The position numbers and the translations under genes were made by a program. A DNA stretch of 64,000 nt, from positions 98,417,604 through 98,481,603 of the forward strand of contig NC_092383.1 in assembly GCF_030028105.1 (NCBI RefSeq), read 5' to 3'. Below the pieces are notes generated by a model, which did not search any database, was not told where the DNA came from, and saw only the letters and a list, made by a program, of their open reading frames with translations. Shown here one piece after another: positions 30,101 to 41,500 of this stretch. The stretch comes from Mobula birostris (lineage: Eukaryota). The first letter of the stretch is position 1. Every line of letters starts with the position of its first letter.

Positions 30101-31574
30101 AACGATATTTCCCTAAATCTGTAACAACGGTAATATTATATAAAAATATCTGTGATTTCTATTGGTCACCGGTAGTGGTTTGTTGCCAACATTCGTAATT
30201 ATAGGAAATGCTGAGTTTCAGTTAGAGGTTAGTGAAAATAAAATATGTATTTTTTCCATCCAAGTTGAGTACCCTCTGGAATCTATCCCGTACGGATAGT
30301 TTATATCTATCTGATACAATAGGTCAGAGGTCTGATCTAACCCGCGCTCCGGGTGTGTGTGATGGGACAGTGTAGAGGGAGCTTCTCTCTGTGTCTGACC
30401 CGTGTCCTGGGAGTGTGTGACGGGACAGTGTAGAGGGAGTTTCACTCTGTGTCTGACCCGTGTCCTGGGAGTGTGTGATGGGACAGTGTAGAGGGCGTTT
30501 CACTCTGTGTCTGACCTGTGTCCTGGGAGTGTGTGATGCGACAGTGTAGAGGGAGCTTCACTCTGTGTCTGACCCGTGTCCTGGGAGTGTGTGATGGGTC
30601 AGTGTAGAGGGAGTTTCACTCTGTGTCTGACCCGTGTCCTGGGAGTGTGTGATGGGACAGTGTAGAGGGAGCTTCACTCTGTGTCTGATCCGTGTCTTGG
30701 GAGTGTGTGATGGGCCAGTGTAGAGGGAGCTTCACTCTGTGTCTGACCCGTGTCCTGGGAGTGTGTGATGGGACAGTGTAGAGGGAGCTTCAGTCTGTGT
30801 CTGATCCGTGTCTTGGGAGTGTGTGATGGGCCAGTGTAGAGGGAGCTTCACTCTGTGTCTGACCCGTGTCCTGGGAGTGTGTGATGGGGCATGGTTTGTT
30901 GTTACAATAATATTTCTAACGTTTACCCTCCATCTCTTTTCTCTGCAGAAAGAAGAGGGTGTTTACACGGTATGGGCACCTGTTTCTCTACACTCTCCAT
31001 CTTTCCTTCACTTTTTGTTTCTTTCTAGTCTTTCTGTTACTATTTTCCTTTTTCTCTCACTCTTTATTTTTAATTTTGGAAGTCTCGTTCTGTGTTTCCC
31101 ACACTCTTTCTCTCCGTTTAGTCCGTCTCTGCCGGTGTCTCTAAATTTATCTCTAATTCACGCTTTTTCTCAGAGTTGCCCTTCCCAATCTCTCTCCCCA
31201 TCTACCTCTTCCCTCTCTATTTCTCCCTGGTTCTCCCATCCTCTCCCTGTCCCCATGAACCCTCACTCCTCCCTCTTCCTCTCACATTATTTCTTTATTT
31301 TCATCTCTCATTGTCACCCTTTCGCCTTTTCCTCCTCTCCAGCCCGGTGTATCTACCTCGTCTATTTTTCTCACTCCATCTTTCTCACACTCCTCGCTGT
31401 CTCTCCCTCTCTTCCTCTTCACCATCTCTCTCCCTTGCTCCCCTCCTCATTCAGAATCTCCTTTCCTCTCAGTTTATGTGTAACCTCCCTCTCTCTGTCT
31501 GCTTGCAGGGCCTGGGCGAACACCACATTGATACCTATGAATCTCTGCAGCAGAAAGCTCCCAGGAAGATGTAG
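9715..31574 (+). CDS. FCER1G: High-affinity Ig Fc receptor gamma subunit (FcR gamma), 5 exons, 100 aa
   Basis: Exons 9715-9763, 22846-22937, 24798-24872, 30949-30969, 31509-31574 give [102 protein letters not shown] Cys/Asp present; ITAM YTGL-x7-YESL; 49/92/21-nt exon sizes as I recall for human; adjacent to NDUFS2. Confidence 0.95.
11017..11974 (-). mobile_element. Rex1/Babar-like LINE, RT C-terminal part
   Basis: Minus [32 protein letters not shown]; [13 protein letters not shown]; short-repeat tail at ~11017. Confidence 0.82.
12214..13225 (-). mobile_element. Second Rex1/Babar-like LINE fragment inside an antisense CR1
   Basis: Minus [33 protein letters not shown]; tail AGAATCAAGTTTA at the left end. 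Confidence 0.75.
13226..14345 (-). mobile_element. CR1 RT fragment (antisense)
   Basis: Continues the CR1 segment at ~11975-12213; MEFFEELT and QWI/DF..AFD-like remnants. Confidence 0.75.
13647..13843. mobile_element. Penelope-like fold-back insertion, hammerhead core decayed
   Basis: Inverted arms ~13647-13713 / 13744-13807; TSD ATCCACTGAA at 13637-13646 and 13844-13853. Confidence 0.75.
14346..15066 (+). mobile_element. CR1 3' fragment, decayed
   Basis: RT C-terminal remnants; tail TGTCTTATGGTCTTAT. Confidence 0.75.
15775..16265 (+). mobile_element. Old LINE RT C-terminal remnant
   Basis: [24 protein letters not shown], typical of a non-LTR RT C-terminus. Confidence 0.6.
16636..18900 (-). 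mobile_element. hAT (Buster/Charlie-type) transposon remnant with transposase fragments
   Basis: TIR CAGTGGTTCCCAAAC at 16636 preceded by cccTAcac; minus fragments [29 protein letters not shown]-terminal HQAHPSH*; right end not found. Confidence 0.82.
18100..18252 (+). mobile_element. Short CR1 3' end inserted in the hAT
   Basis: Near-identical to 1685-1833. Confidence 0.85.
19060..19610 (+). mobile_element. Rex1/Babar-like LINE 3' fragment
   Basis: [31 protein letters not shown] in shifted frames; tail AATAAACTTGAAC. Confidence 0.72.
20135..21170 (+). mobile_element. 5'-truncated CR1, RT C-terminal half largely intact
   Basis: [26 protein letters not shown]; single stop at 20670-20672. 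Confidence 0.93.
21891..22175 (+). mobile_element. tRNA-derived V-SINE (HE1-like)
   Basis: A-box-like TAGTGTGGTGG 21902, B-box-like GTTCAGTTCC 21946, V-domain TTTCCTCCGGGTGCTCCGGTGTCCTCCCGCAGTCCAAAGAC, A-rich tail. Confidence 0.8.
22846..22937 (+). CDS. FCER1G: FCER1G exon 2 (TM, 92 nt)
   Basis: cag|CT..AAG|gtgag; [27 protein letters not shown]. Confidence 0.97.
23510..24160 (+). repeat. Compound CA-rich microsatellite with ~60-bp higher-order units
   Basis: (CA)n/ACAG/GATA mosaics; GATACACAGAACAGACACACAAACACACACAG recurs. Confidence 0.95.
24798..24872 (+). CDS. FCER1G: FCER1G exon 3 (75 nt)
   Basis: tag|CAC..AAG|gtgagt, phase 0-0; RIAATDVYE aligns with human RKAAITSYE. Confidence 0.82.
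24885..25207 (+). repeat. 58-bp minisatellite array (left half)
   Basis: ~5.5 units starting just after the exon 3 donor. Confidence 0.92.
26420..27637 (-). mobile_element. Solo LTR (TGTCA..TGACA) with 5-bp TSD
   Basis: TSD GTGCA at 26415-26419 and 27638-27642; internal GGAC-rich short repeats. Confidence 0.85.
29026..29063 (-). ncRNA. Minimal type I hammerhead ribozyme motif, intact
   Basis: UAGUC-CUGACGA-AGG(gucucgg)CCU-GAAA-CGUC^GACUG; stem I fully paired; palindromic ACGU stem III. Confidence 0.75.
29712..29749 (+). ncRNA. Minimal type I hammerhead ribozyme motif, core intact, sense to FCER1G
   Basis: UGGUC-CUGACGA-A GGG(ucacgu)UCC-GAAA-CGUC^GACUG; stems pair with G-U wobbles. Confidence 0.7.
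30335..30888 (+). repeat. 58-bp minisatellite array (right half, ~9 units)
   Basis: Same unit and orientation as 24885-25207; ends ~60 nt before exon 4. Confidence 0.93.
30949..30969 (+). CDS. FCER1G: FCER1G exon 4 (21 nt)
   Basis: Long pyrimidine tract, cag|AAA..ACG|gtatg; KEEGVYT (human KSDGVYT). Confidence 0.92.
31509..31574 (+). CDS. FCER1G: FCER1G exon 5 (66 nt incl. TAG)
   Basis: cag|GGC CTG..ATG TAG; [21 protein letters not shown]. Confidence 0.93.
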   Translation, partial: GLGEHHIDTYESLQQKAPRKM

Positions 31575-32006
31575 TGATGATGCTGATCTCCTGGGTTCGG
31601 GGGCAGGGGTGGGGGTGGGGGGTGGGGAGGTTTGGCTGTGGGAGGGTGAGGGTGGGGTAACAGAGTCACCCAGTCTTTGTCACTGTCAAGGCTGTGAATG
31701 TCCACAGCATGTCACTATGGTAATCCTTTGCCGTCCTCATGTCCATGAGGTCATTCAGCCCATCGAGACTGGGGCAGGGAGAGCAGGAGCTAATGCAGTC
31801 CCTCCATATGTGGAGGGGGTCAGGTTGAGGTGAAGGGGAATGCAGGACTGGGGTATCTGGGTGTGGTGTTTAAGATCTGCATGGGTGGGTGAGGAACACT
31901 TTGAATCGTTGAAGCTGCAGGTGAGCTATTTGTGGCCAAACATCTCGGCCAGCAACCAGACGCTTCACTTGTTCATTGCTTTATTCTCAGTGGGTTCATT
32001 ATGTGC

Positions 32007-32012
32007 AATAAA
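32007..32012 (+). terminator. Candidate FCER1G polyadenylation signal
   Basis: First AATAAA after the stop; a second lies at 32192-32197. Confidence 0.55.
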
Positions 32013-32072
32013 TTTGGTTGAAGTGAGGTCTGGTGTCAATATTTTCATGGCTTCAGTCAGGCTGGGAGTTAC

Positions 32073-32170
32073 ATACACAAAATGTTGAAGCAACTGAGCA
32101 GGCCAGGGGCATCTATGGAAAAGAGTAAACAGTCGACGTTTCAGGCCGAGACCCTTCATCTACAGGACCG
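32073..32170 (-). mobile_element. Short antisense Penelope-like terminal fragment
   Basis: ACACAAAATGTTG..GTCGACGTTTCAGGCCGAGACCCTTCATC; hammerhead core has a 3-nt insertion. Confidence 0.7.
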
Positions 32171-32981
32171 CTTTGGGTTAAATCAGATTCAAATAAAGGT
32201 ACGTGTTCTGTGGCCTCAGTCTAATCAACAGACCCAGTTGTTCATCCTAGATCTAACTTCCAGGCCCAGGCTATGCAGTTTATCTCTGAACTGTCTGGCC
32301 CAGCTCAAAATTCCGGGCCCGCAGCACCAAGGCCGATGTTTTGCGGCCTGGCCCTAAACAACCAGCCCAGGATTTCAGGGGTCACCCTGGCAGAAAGCCT
32401 CAGTCTCTGCCCTGTGGCCAATACCGTCCTCAGTGGCAGAGCTTCACTCTGATCACAGATTGGGCAGGGACAGAGCAACGTAGAATGGATCAGGAAGAAA
32501 TTGACTTTCATTGGGAATGTTTGAGGGAGACCCTGCCACTCAGGTCCTGTCCTGAAGGAATCCCAGAGTCATACAACACAGAGCAGAACATTTGGCCCCA
32601 CCAGCTCTACACTGATCAGAGGACACCCATCCATAGTTAACCATCTCCCATTGCCCATGGCTCATGTCCCATTGCCTCTTTTTTTGGGGGGAAGGGTGGT
32701 GGTTGAGTGTCAAATGTCTATCTGGACCCTTATTAAATGCCGTCACTAATTTCTGCTGCTGTCCCACAATGATGTCCTTCCTCATTATCATCTCCTCCAG
32801 ACCCGCCTCTCCATCTCTCATCTCTCCTCATAACTGAGACATCATGGTGACTCCCTCTGCACCGTCTCTGCTGATATCACATCCTTCCTGACCAAGGGCT
32901 ATGAAGTTGGAACATAACTGTCCTGCCCTTGTACTCAGTGACCCCCCCCCCACCACCGCCAGAATAATAACGGCAAGTTTC

Positions 32982-35900
32982 CCCATATACCCTGTTTGAG
33001 TACTGTTGGGGGGGATCAGCTTACCGGGGGGAAGCGACAGTGGCCATGCCTCCGGTACAGAGTCCGGCCCTGTATCTCAGAAGGGTAGGGAAAGGAAGAG
33101 GAGGGCAGTAGTAATAGGGGACTCAATAGTAAGGGTGTCAGATCGGTGATTCTGTGGACGCAGTCCAGAGACCCAGATGTTAGTTTGCCTCCTTGGTGCC
33201 AGGGTCCGGGATATTTCTGATTGTGTCCAAGATATCCTGAAGTGGGAGGGAGAGGAGCCAGAGGTCGTGGTGCATATAGGTACCAATGAGATAAGTAGGA
33301 AAAGGGAAGAGGTCCTGAAAGGAGAATATAGGGAGTTAGGAAGGGACTTGAGAAAAAGGACCACAAAGGTAGTAATCTCAGGATTACTACCTGTGCCACA
33401 TGACAGTGAGAGTAGGAATGCGATGAGCTGGAGGATAAATGCGTGGCTGAGGGATTGGAGCAGGGGGCAGGGATTCAAGTTTTTGGATCATTGGGACCTC
33501 TTTTGGCGCAGGTGTGACCTGTACAAAAAGGACGGGTTACACTTGAATCCTAGGGGGACCGATATCCTGGCGGGGAGATTTGTGAGGGCTACTGAGGTGA
33601 CTTTAAACTAGAATGGTTGGGGGGTGGGAATCAAATTAAAGAGACTAGGAGAGAGGAGGTTAGTTCACAACAGGGGGATGGGAACAAGTGCAGAGAGACA
33701 GAGGGATGTAAAATGAGGGTAGAAGCAAAAAGTAGTAAAGTGAAAAGTAAAAGTGGCAGGCCGGCAAATCCAGGGCAAAAATCAAAAAAGGCCACTTTTC
33801 AGCATAATTGTACAAGGGCTAAGAGTGTTGTAAAAGCGAGCCTGAAGGCTTTGTGTATCAATGCAAGGAGCATTCGTAACAAGGTGGATGAATTAAAAGT
33901 GCAGATTGGTATTAATGATTATGATATAGTTGGGATCACAGAGACATGGCTCCAGGGTGACCAGGGATGGGAGCTCAACATTCAGGGATATTCAATATTC
34001 AGGAGGGATAGACATGAAAGAAAAGGAGGTGGGGTAGCATTGCTGGTTAGAGAGGAGATTAACGCAATAGAAAGGAAGGACATTAGCCAGGAGGATGTGG
34101 AATCGATATGGGTAGAGCTGCATAACACTAAGGGGCAGAAAACGCCGGTGGGAGTTGTGTACAGGCCACCTAACAGTAGTAGTGAGGTTGGGGATGGTAT
34201 TAAACAGGAAATTAGAAATGCGTGCAATAAAGGAACAGCAGTTATAATGGGTGACTTCAATCTACATATAGATTGGGTGAACCAAATTGGTAAGGGTGCT
34301 GAGGAAGAGGATTTCTTGGAATGTATGCGGGATGGTTTTTTGAACCAACATGTCGAGGAACCAACTAGACAGCAGGGTATTCTAGACTGGGTATTGAGCA
34401 ATGAGGAAGGGTTAATTAGCAATCTTGTCGTGAGAGGCCCCTTGGGTAAGAGTAACCATAATATGGTGGAATTCTTCATTAAGATGGAGAGTGACATAGT
34501 TAATTCAGAAACAAAGGTTCTGAACTTTAGGGCAACTTTGAAGGTATGAGATGTGAATTAGCTAAGATAGACTGGCAATTGACACTTAAAGGGTTGACGG
34601 TGGATATGCAATGGCAAGCATTTAAAGATTGCTTGGATGAACTACAACAATTGTTCATCCCAGTTTGGCAAAAGAATAAATCAGGGAAGGTAGTGCACCC
34701 ATGGCTGACAAGGGAAATTAGGGATAGTATCAATTCCAAAGAAGCAGCATACAAATTAGCCACAAATGGTGGCTCACCTGAGGAATGGGAGAAATTCAGA
34801 GTCCAGTGGAGGAAGACAAAGGGCTTAATTAGGAAAGGGAAAAAAGATTATGAGAGAACACTGGCAGGGAACAAAAACTGACTGTGAAAGCTTTTATAGA
34901 TATGTGAAAAGAAAAAAGATTGGTTAAGACAAATGTAGGTCCCCTACAGACAGAAACAGGTGAATTGATTATGGGGAGCAAGGACATGGCAGACCAATTG
35001 AATAACTACTTTGGTTCTGTCTTCACCAAGGAGGACATAAATAATCTTCCAGAAATAGTAGGGGACAGAGGGTCCAGTGAGATGGAGGAACTGAGGGAAA
35101 TACATATTAGTAGGGAAGTGGTGCTAGGTAAATTGAAGGGATTAAAGGCAGACAAATTCCCAGGGCCAGCTGGTCTGCATCCCAGAGTGCTTAAGCCAGT
35201 AGCCCAAGAAATAGTGGATGCATTAGTGATAATTTTTCAAAACTCTTTAGATTCTGGATTAGTTCCTGAGGATTGGAGGGTGGCTAATGTAACCCTGCTT
35301 TTTTTAAAAAAGGAAGAGAAACCAGGGAATTATAGACTAGTTAGCCTAACATTGGTGGTGGGGAAAATGCTAGAGTCAGTTATCAAAGATGTGATAACAG
35401 CACATTTGGAAAGCAGTGAAATCAGACAGTCAGCATGGAGTTGTGAAAGGAAAATCATGTCTGACAAATCTTATTGTCACAATGGCAGGGCATTGGGAGC
35501 AAGGGTGGACCCAAATGCAAGACACATCTTGCGAGGTTACTTAGATTTAGTTTATTGTTTGATACCAGGAGAGCTAGGCAGGAGCAGGAGCAGTGAACTT
35601 GACAAGGACTGAGGACTACAACTAAGCTGGGACCAAGAGTCTGGGCTTGGACTCAGAATCAGCTCCCAGAACTAGAGGAGACACGAAGAGGCTAGGGTAT
35701 GGACTCCAAGCCCAAGACTGGGCAAGGACCCCAGAACCAGGCATGGACATGACATGGGCTAGGGAGAGGAGGAACATGGAAACAGAGCCTCAGTCTCAGG
35801 GAGCAGGTACATGGAACCATGGACACATACACAGAACAAGTCAGGACCCCTCCTTGGGTACAGAACATAGGGCCAGGACTCTCACACAGAAGAGAGTAGG

Positions 35901-37850
35901 GACCCCTCCTTGGGTAGGGCCAGGACTCATGACCCTCCACGGGGCAACGGCAAGACAGCCTGACTTGCCCTACGGAGGCGAGGACAAGACCAACACGAAT
36001 GAACACCAGACAGTACCTATCTAGCTCCGGCGATAGAACTACATGGAAGTGCAGGCGGGGCTGCAGATGGGGGCTAGAGGTGAGAGGGGCAGAGAAGGGA
36101 TTCAGACAAGGGGGTAGGACAGGAATCACAGATCGCCAGGGCCAGGACTTGGCTTGGTGCCAGAACGCCGCCAGGGCCAGGACTTGGCTTGGAGCCTTTG
36201 GGTAGTGGCGAGCTCTCGACTCGGCCTGAGAACAGTAGACAGCGGTTCTTGATTCTCTCAGGCAGGTTAACTGACGGACCCACCTTGGTGAGGAAACTTT
36301 GCAGGCTCGCTTTGGTGAGGTAACTGGACAGGATTGCTCTGGTGAGGAGAGGCGAATTACCGGCACTCTCTTCGGCAGAAAGTAGGCTTGTTCTGGCCAG
36401 ATGACAATGACACGTCATACCTTCATGACTTTGCAGACGCTCCCGCACTGAACGGCCGAAAGCCGGAGACTATAAACTACCGGTTCAGCCGAGTGTTAAT
36501 TGCCTCTAATCACCAACGTCGAGGGACACGGGAAAACAGGGAATCAACGGTCCGGATCGTAACATAAACAAGCTAAATTTAAAGGGACCCTGATCTGGAC
36601 CATGACACTCATAGAATTTTTTGAGGATGTAACTGCTAGAGTGGATAGGAGAGAACCAGTGGATGTGGTATATTTGGATTTTCAAAAGGCTTTTGACAAG
36701 GTCCCACACAGGAGTTTAGTGTGCAAACTTAAAGCACACGGTATTGGGAGTAAGGCATTGATGTGGATAGAGAATTGTTTGGCAGACAGGAAGCAAAGAG
36801 TGGGAATAAACGGGACCTTTTCAGAATGGCAGGCAGTGACTAGTGGGGTACCGCAAGGCTCGGTGCTGGGATCCCAGTTGTTTACAATATATATTAATGA
36901 CTTGGATGAGGGAATTAAATGCAGCATCTCCAAGTTTGCGGATGACACGAAGCTGGGCGGCAGTGTTAGCTGTGAGGAGGATGCAGGGTGACTTGGATAG
37001 GTTGGGTAAGTGGGCAGATTCATGGCAGATGCAATTTAATGTGGATAAATGTGAGGTTATCCACCTTGGTGGCAAAAACAGGAAAACAGATTATTATCTG
37101 AATGGTGGCCGATTAGGAAAAGGGGAGGTGCAACGCGACCTGGGTGTCATTATACACAAGTCATTGAAAGTGGGCATGCAGGTATAGCAGGCGGTGAAAA
37201 TGGCAAATGGTATGCTGGCATTCATAGCAAGAGGATTCGAGTACAGGAGCAGGGAGGTACTACTGCAGTTGTACAAGGCCTTGGTGAGACCACACCTGGA
37301 ATATTGTGTGCAGTTTTGGTCCCCTAATCTGAAGAAAGACATCCTTGCCATAGAGGGAGTACAAAGAAGGTTCACCAGATTGATTCCTGGGATGGCAGGA
37401 CTTTCATATGATGAAAGACTGGATCGACTAGGCTTATACTAGTTGGAATTTAGAAGATTGAGGGGGGATCTTATTGAAACGTATAAAATCCTAAAGGGAT
37501 TGGACAGGCTAGATGCAGGAAGATTGTTCCGGATGTTGGGGAAGTCCAGAACGAGGGGTCACAGTTTGAGGATAAAGGGGAAGCCTTTTAGGACCGAAAT
37601 GAGGAAAAACTCCTTCACACAGAGAGTGGTGAATCTGTGGAGTTCTCTGCCACAGGAAACAGTTGAGGCCAGTTCATTGGCTATATTTAAGAGGGAGTTA
37701 GATATGGCCCTTGTGGCTAAAGGGATCAGGGGTTATGGAGGGAAGGCAGGTACAGGGTTCTGAGTTGGATGATCAGCCATGATCATACTGAAGGGCAGTG
37801 CAGGCTCGAAGGGCCGAATAGGCTACTCCTGCACCTATTTTCTATGTTTC
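32982..37850 (+). mobile_element. Near-full-length CR1 LINE (ORF1 SGNH esterase, ORF2 APE endonuclease-RT), inactivated
   Basis: VIGDS..GTNE..DGLH; CINARSIRNK..GITETWL..YRPP..GDFN; [21 protein letters not shown]; stops and frameshifts. Confidence 0.93.
35475..36607 (-). mobile_element. Solo LTR (TGTCA..TGACA) in CR1 RT
   Basis: TSD CTTAT/CTCAT at 35470-35474 and 36608-36612; related to 26420-27637. Confidence 0.8.
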
Positions 37851-38519
37851 TATACCTTCCTGATCACATTCTCTTCCCACACTATGACGTACAGAGATCT
37901 TTGGACTTTTACACTGATTCCATCTGTTCCTCAGTCTTTCCCCCAGCCCCTTCGTTCTCCCTAATAGATTATCTCACGTTTATTTGGATTTAACTCGCTC
38001 TATTCTTTCTCAGCCCCTCTCACCAGCACATTGATATCACCTGTCTACCTTCTGCATTGTCCCCCTCAGACCCGCCGTACATCCTTCTCCCTGATCCTAA
38101 CTCGGCGTTCTCTCGGTTTGACTGATGTTAGAGAGTATCAGAGACTCTCAGAGTATGACCGTAGGGACCTGGGGTAGTGCGGGTGAGAGGGAAGACTGCG
38201 GCTCGTCGGATTAGCACTTGGGAAGGTGGCATTGTTCTTTTCACCGAGGTACGGCAGAAGGAAGGCCAGGATCGGCAACTCAGATCTGCAGTCGAATGTG
38301 TCAGGGGCACTGGGGTTGGGTGCAAAGGACCAGGGGCTTTGCACAATGAATCCATTTCCACAGCGATGAGGGAGGATGTCCTGGAAGGTTCTTTAAACTC
38401 AGCCAGATCGGTTGAGTTAGAGAATAAAAATAGATGCTCTCTCCGCCGGGGGCTACGACAGGATTCTCAACAGTCATCGGGAGACAGAGGAGCAGAGGTG
38501 TCAACAAAGCTGCACTCCT

Positions 38520-41500
38520 GCTTGAGTACTGTTGGGGGGGACAGCCTACCTGGGGGAAGGAACAGTGGCTGCGCCTCTGGCACAGAGTCTGGCCCTGTGG
38601 CTCAGAAGGGTAGGGAAAGGAAGAGGATGGCAGCAGTGATAGGGGACTCTATAGTTAGGGGGTCAGACAGGTGATTCTGTGGATGCAGGAAACAAACGCG
38701 AATGGTAGTTTGCCTCCCAGGTGCCAATGTCCGGTATGTTTCTGGTCGCGTCCACGATATCCAGAAGTTGGAAGGAGAACAACCAGAGGTCGTGGTTCAT
38801 ATTGGTATCAATGACATAGGTAGGAAAAGGGAGGTGGTCCTGAAAACAGACTACAGGGAGTTAGGAAAGAAGTTGAGAAGCGGGACCTCAAAGGTAGTAA
38901 TCTCGGGATTATTGTCTGTGCCACGAGACAGTGAGTATAGGAACAGAATGAGGTGGAGGATAAATGCGTGGCTGAGGGATTGGAGCAGGGGGCAGGGATT
39001 CAGATTACTGGACCATTGGGACCTCTTCTGGGGCAGGTGTGACCTGTACAAAAAGGACGGGTTGCTCTTGAATCCGAGGGGGACCAACATCCTCGCGGAG
39101 AGGTTTGCTAAGGCTATTGGGGAGAGCTTAAACTAGAATAGCTGGGGGGTGGGAACCGAACTGAAAAGACTGGGGAAGAGGTGGTTGGCTCACAAATAGA
39201 GAAAGCTTGGAGACAATGTGTGAGGGAGGATAGGCAGGTGATAGAGAAGGGACGCCCTCAGACCGATAGTTTGAGATGTGTCTATTTCAATGCGAGGAGT
39301 GTTATGAATAAAGCGGATGAGCTTAAAGCATGGATCAGCTCTGATGTTGTGGCCATTACAGAGCCTTGGATGGTGCAGGAGCAGGAATGACTACTTCAAG
39401 TGCCAGGCTTTAGATGTTTCAGAAAGGATAGGGAGGGAGGCAAAAGAGGTGGGGGTGTGGCACTGTTGATCAGAAATAGTGTCACGGCTGCAGAAAAGGA
39501 GGAAGTCATGGAGGGGTTGTCAATGGAGTCTCTGTAGGTGAAGTTAGGAATAGAAAGGGGTCAATAACTCTACTGGGTGTTTTTTATAGATCACCCAATT
39601 GTAACAGAGACATAGAGGAGCAGATAGGGAGACAGATTCTGGAAAGGAGTAATAATAACAGGGTTGTTGTGGTGGGAGATTCTAACTTCCCAAATATTGA
39701 TTGCCATCTCCCTGGAGTGAGGGGTTTAGATGGGGTGGAGCTTGTTAGGTGTGTTCAGGAAGGTTTCTTAACAGAATATGTAGATAGGCCTACAAGAGGA
39801 GAGACTGTACTTGACCTTGTATTGGGAAATGAACCTGGTCAGGTTCATTGATCACAATTCTATTTCCTTTGCTACGTACCCTGTAACTGGGTTGCCAAAC
39901 CACCAGAAATGAAGCGCTCATTGGAGTCTGGATTACTAGGAACTAATAAAGTTTTATTAAAGAAATAAGTAATACGGTACACTAATTGTAAGGATATAAA
40001 TGTAACAGGTTAGCAATGATAATACACACATATACACAGAACTAGGGTAATAGGAATCAACCAAGCTCTATCACAGTCTAGGGGCAAAATGATCAGTCTC
40101 AAGTGACGCAGAGTTCAGTTCAGTTTAGTGCAGTTCGAAGTAATCGCTGTTGTTGTACCATTGGAGTGAGAGACAGAGAAAGAGAGAGAGAGAGAAAGAG
40201 AGAGTGGGAGATGCAGTTGGTTTCAGGCAGACCTTTTGATGTCTTCTAATTTCGCTGTGGTCACCGACTGTGATTCCTCCGTTCCTGATACGATCGTTCT
40301 TCCGTGTTTAACCCGGCACCCAGGCAAGGGCAGACACACACCCCAGGTTCCCACCGATCGTACCTTTACACCCTGTGAACCTCTGATCGGTTTCCACGAA
40401 CCGGTCCTCCAAACTCCCACCAACTTGTGGGGGCACACTGTTCTTTCCAGGGTCTCGTGGTGTCCCATGCCTTAGCGAACCTGTTCTTTTATCCCTCTGC
40501 TGGGGTATCACCTGTCTATCAAACTTCAAACAGTTCAGGTTCAAAGCAACCGGACTGTCACTATCTGAATTGTGTTTTTTCTCTCATTAATCTCTCTCTT
40601 CTCTCTTATTAACATTTTGAATGTTACTCCATTGTCTTCCATTATCTCCCTCATTAGCATCATCCGTCCGGTAGCTCTGCTTGGCGTCACACACGACACC
40701 TTTACCATAGCATTGAGGAGGGATAGGAACAAACAACTTTGGGAAACGTTTAATTGGAGTAAGGGGAACTGTGAGGCATTCAGGCAGGAACTTGGAAGCA
40801 TAAATTGGAAATAGATGTTCTCAGGGAAACGTACGGAAGATATGTGGCAAATGTTCAGGGGATATTTGCGTAGGGTTCTGAGTAGGTACGTTCCAATGAG
40901 ACATGGAAAGGATGGTAGGGTACAGGAACCGTGGTGTACAAAGGCTGTTGTAAATCTAGTCAAGAAGAAAAGAAGAGCTTACGAAAGGTATTGATAGGAA
41001 TCTAGAAGATTATAAGGCTAGCAAGAAGTAGGTTAAAAATGAAATTAGGGGAGCCAGAATGGGCCAGGAGAAGGCCTTAGTGGACAGGATTAAGGAAATC
41101 CCCAAGGCATTCTACAAGTATGTGAAGAGCAAGAGGATAAGATGTGAGAGAATAGGACCAATCAAGAGTGACAGTGAAAAAGTGTGTATGGAACCAGAGG
41201 AAATAACGGAGGTATTTAATGAATACTTTGCTTCTGTATTCACTACAGAAAAGGATCTAGGCGATTGTAGGGATCTCTTGCAGCAGACCGAAAAGCTTGA
41301 GCATGTAGATATTAAGGTGGAGGATGTGCTGGAGCTTTTGGAATGCATCAAATTGGATCGGGACAGGAAGGGATGTAACCCAGGCTACTGTGGGAAGTGA
41401 AGGAGGTGATTGTTGAGCCTCTGGCAATGACCTTTGCATCATCAATGAGGATGGGAGAGTTTCCAGGGGATTGGAGGGTTGCGGATGTTGTTCTCTTATT

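Larger units (their letters stand above)
25208..30297 (-). mobile_element. hAT Charlie/Buster transposon (Charlie4/MER80-like ends) with fragmented transposase
   Basis: Left TIR CAGGATTCTTAAC after gtgTAgag; minus fragments [47 protein letters not shown]; right subterminal region 30080-30297 with the last ~20 bp missing. Confidence 0.88.

Noticed and set aside
30808-31833. 341-aa ORF over FCER1G exons 4-5
   Set aside because: Runs through satellite and pyrimidine-rich intron; the real coding parts are the 21- and 66-nt exons
33146-38674. TGA at the same ORF1 position in both long CR1s (possible programmed readthrough)
   Set aside because: Most simply recurrent CGA>TGA CpG deamination; both copies have many other lesions
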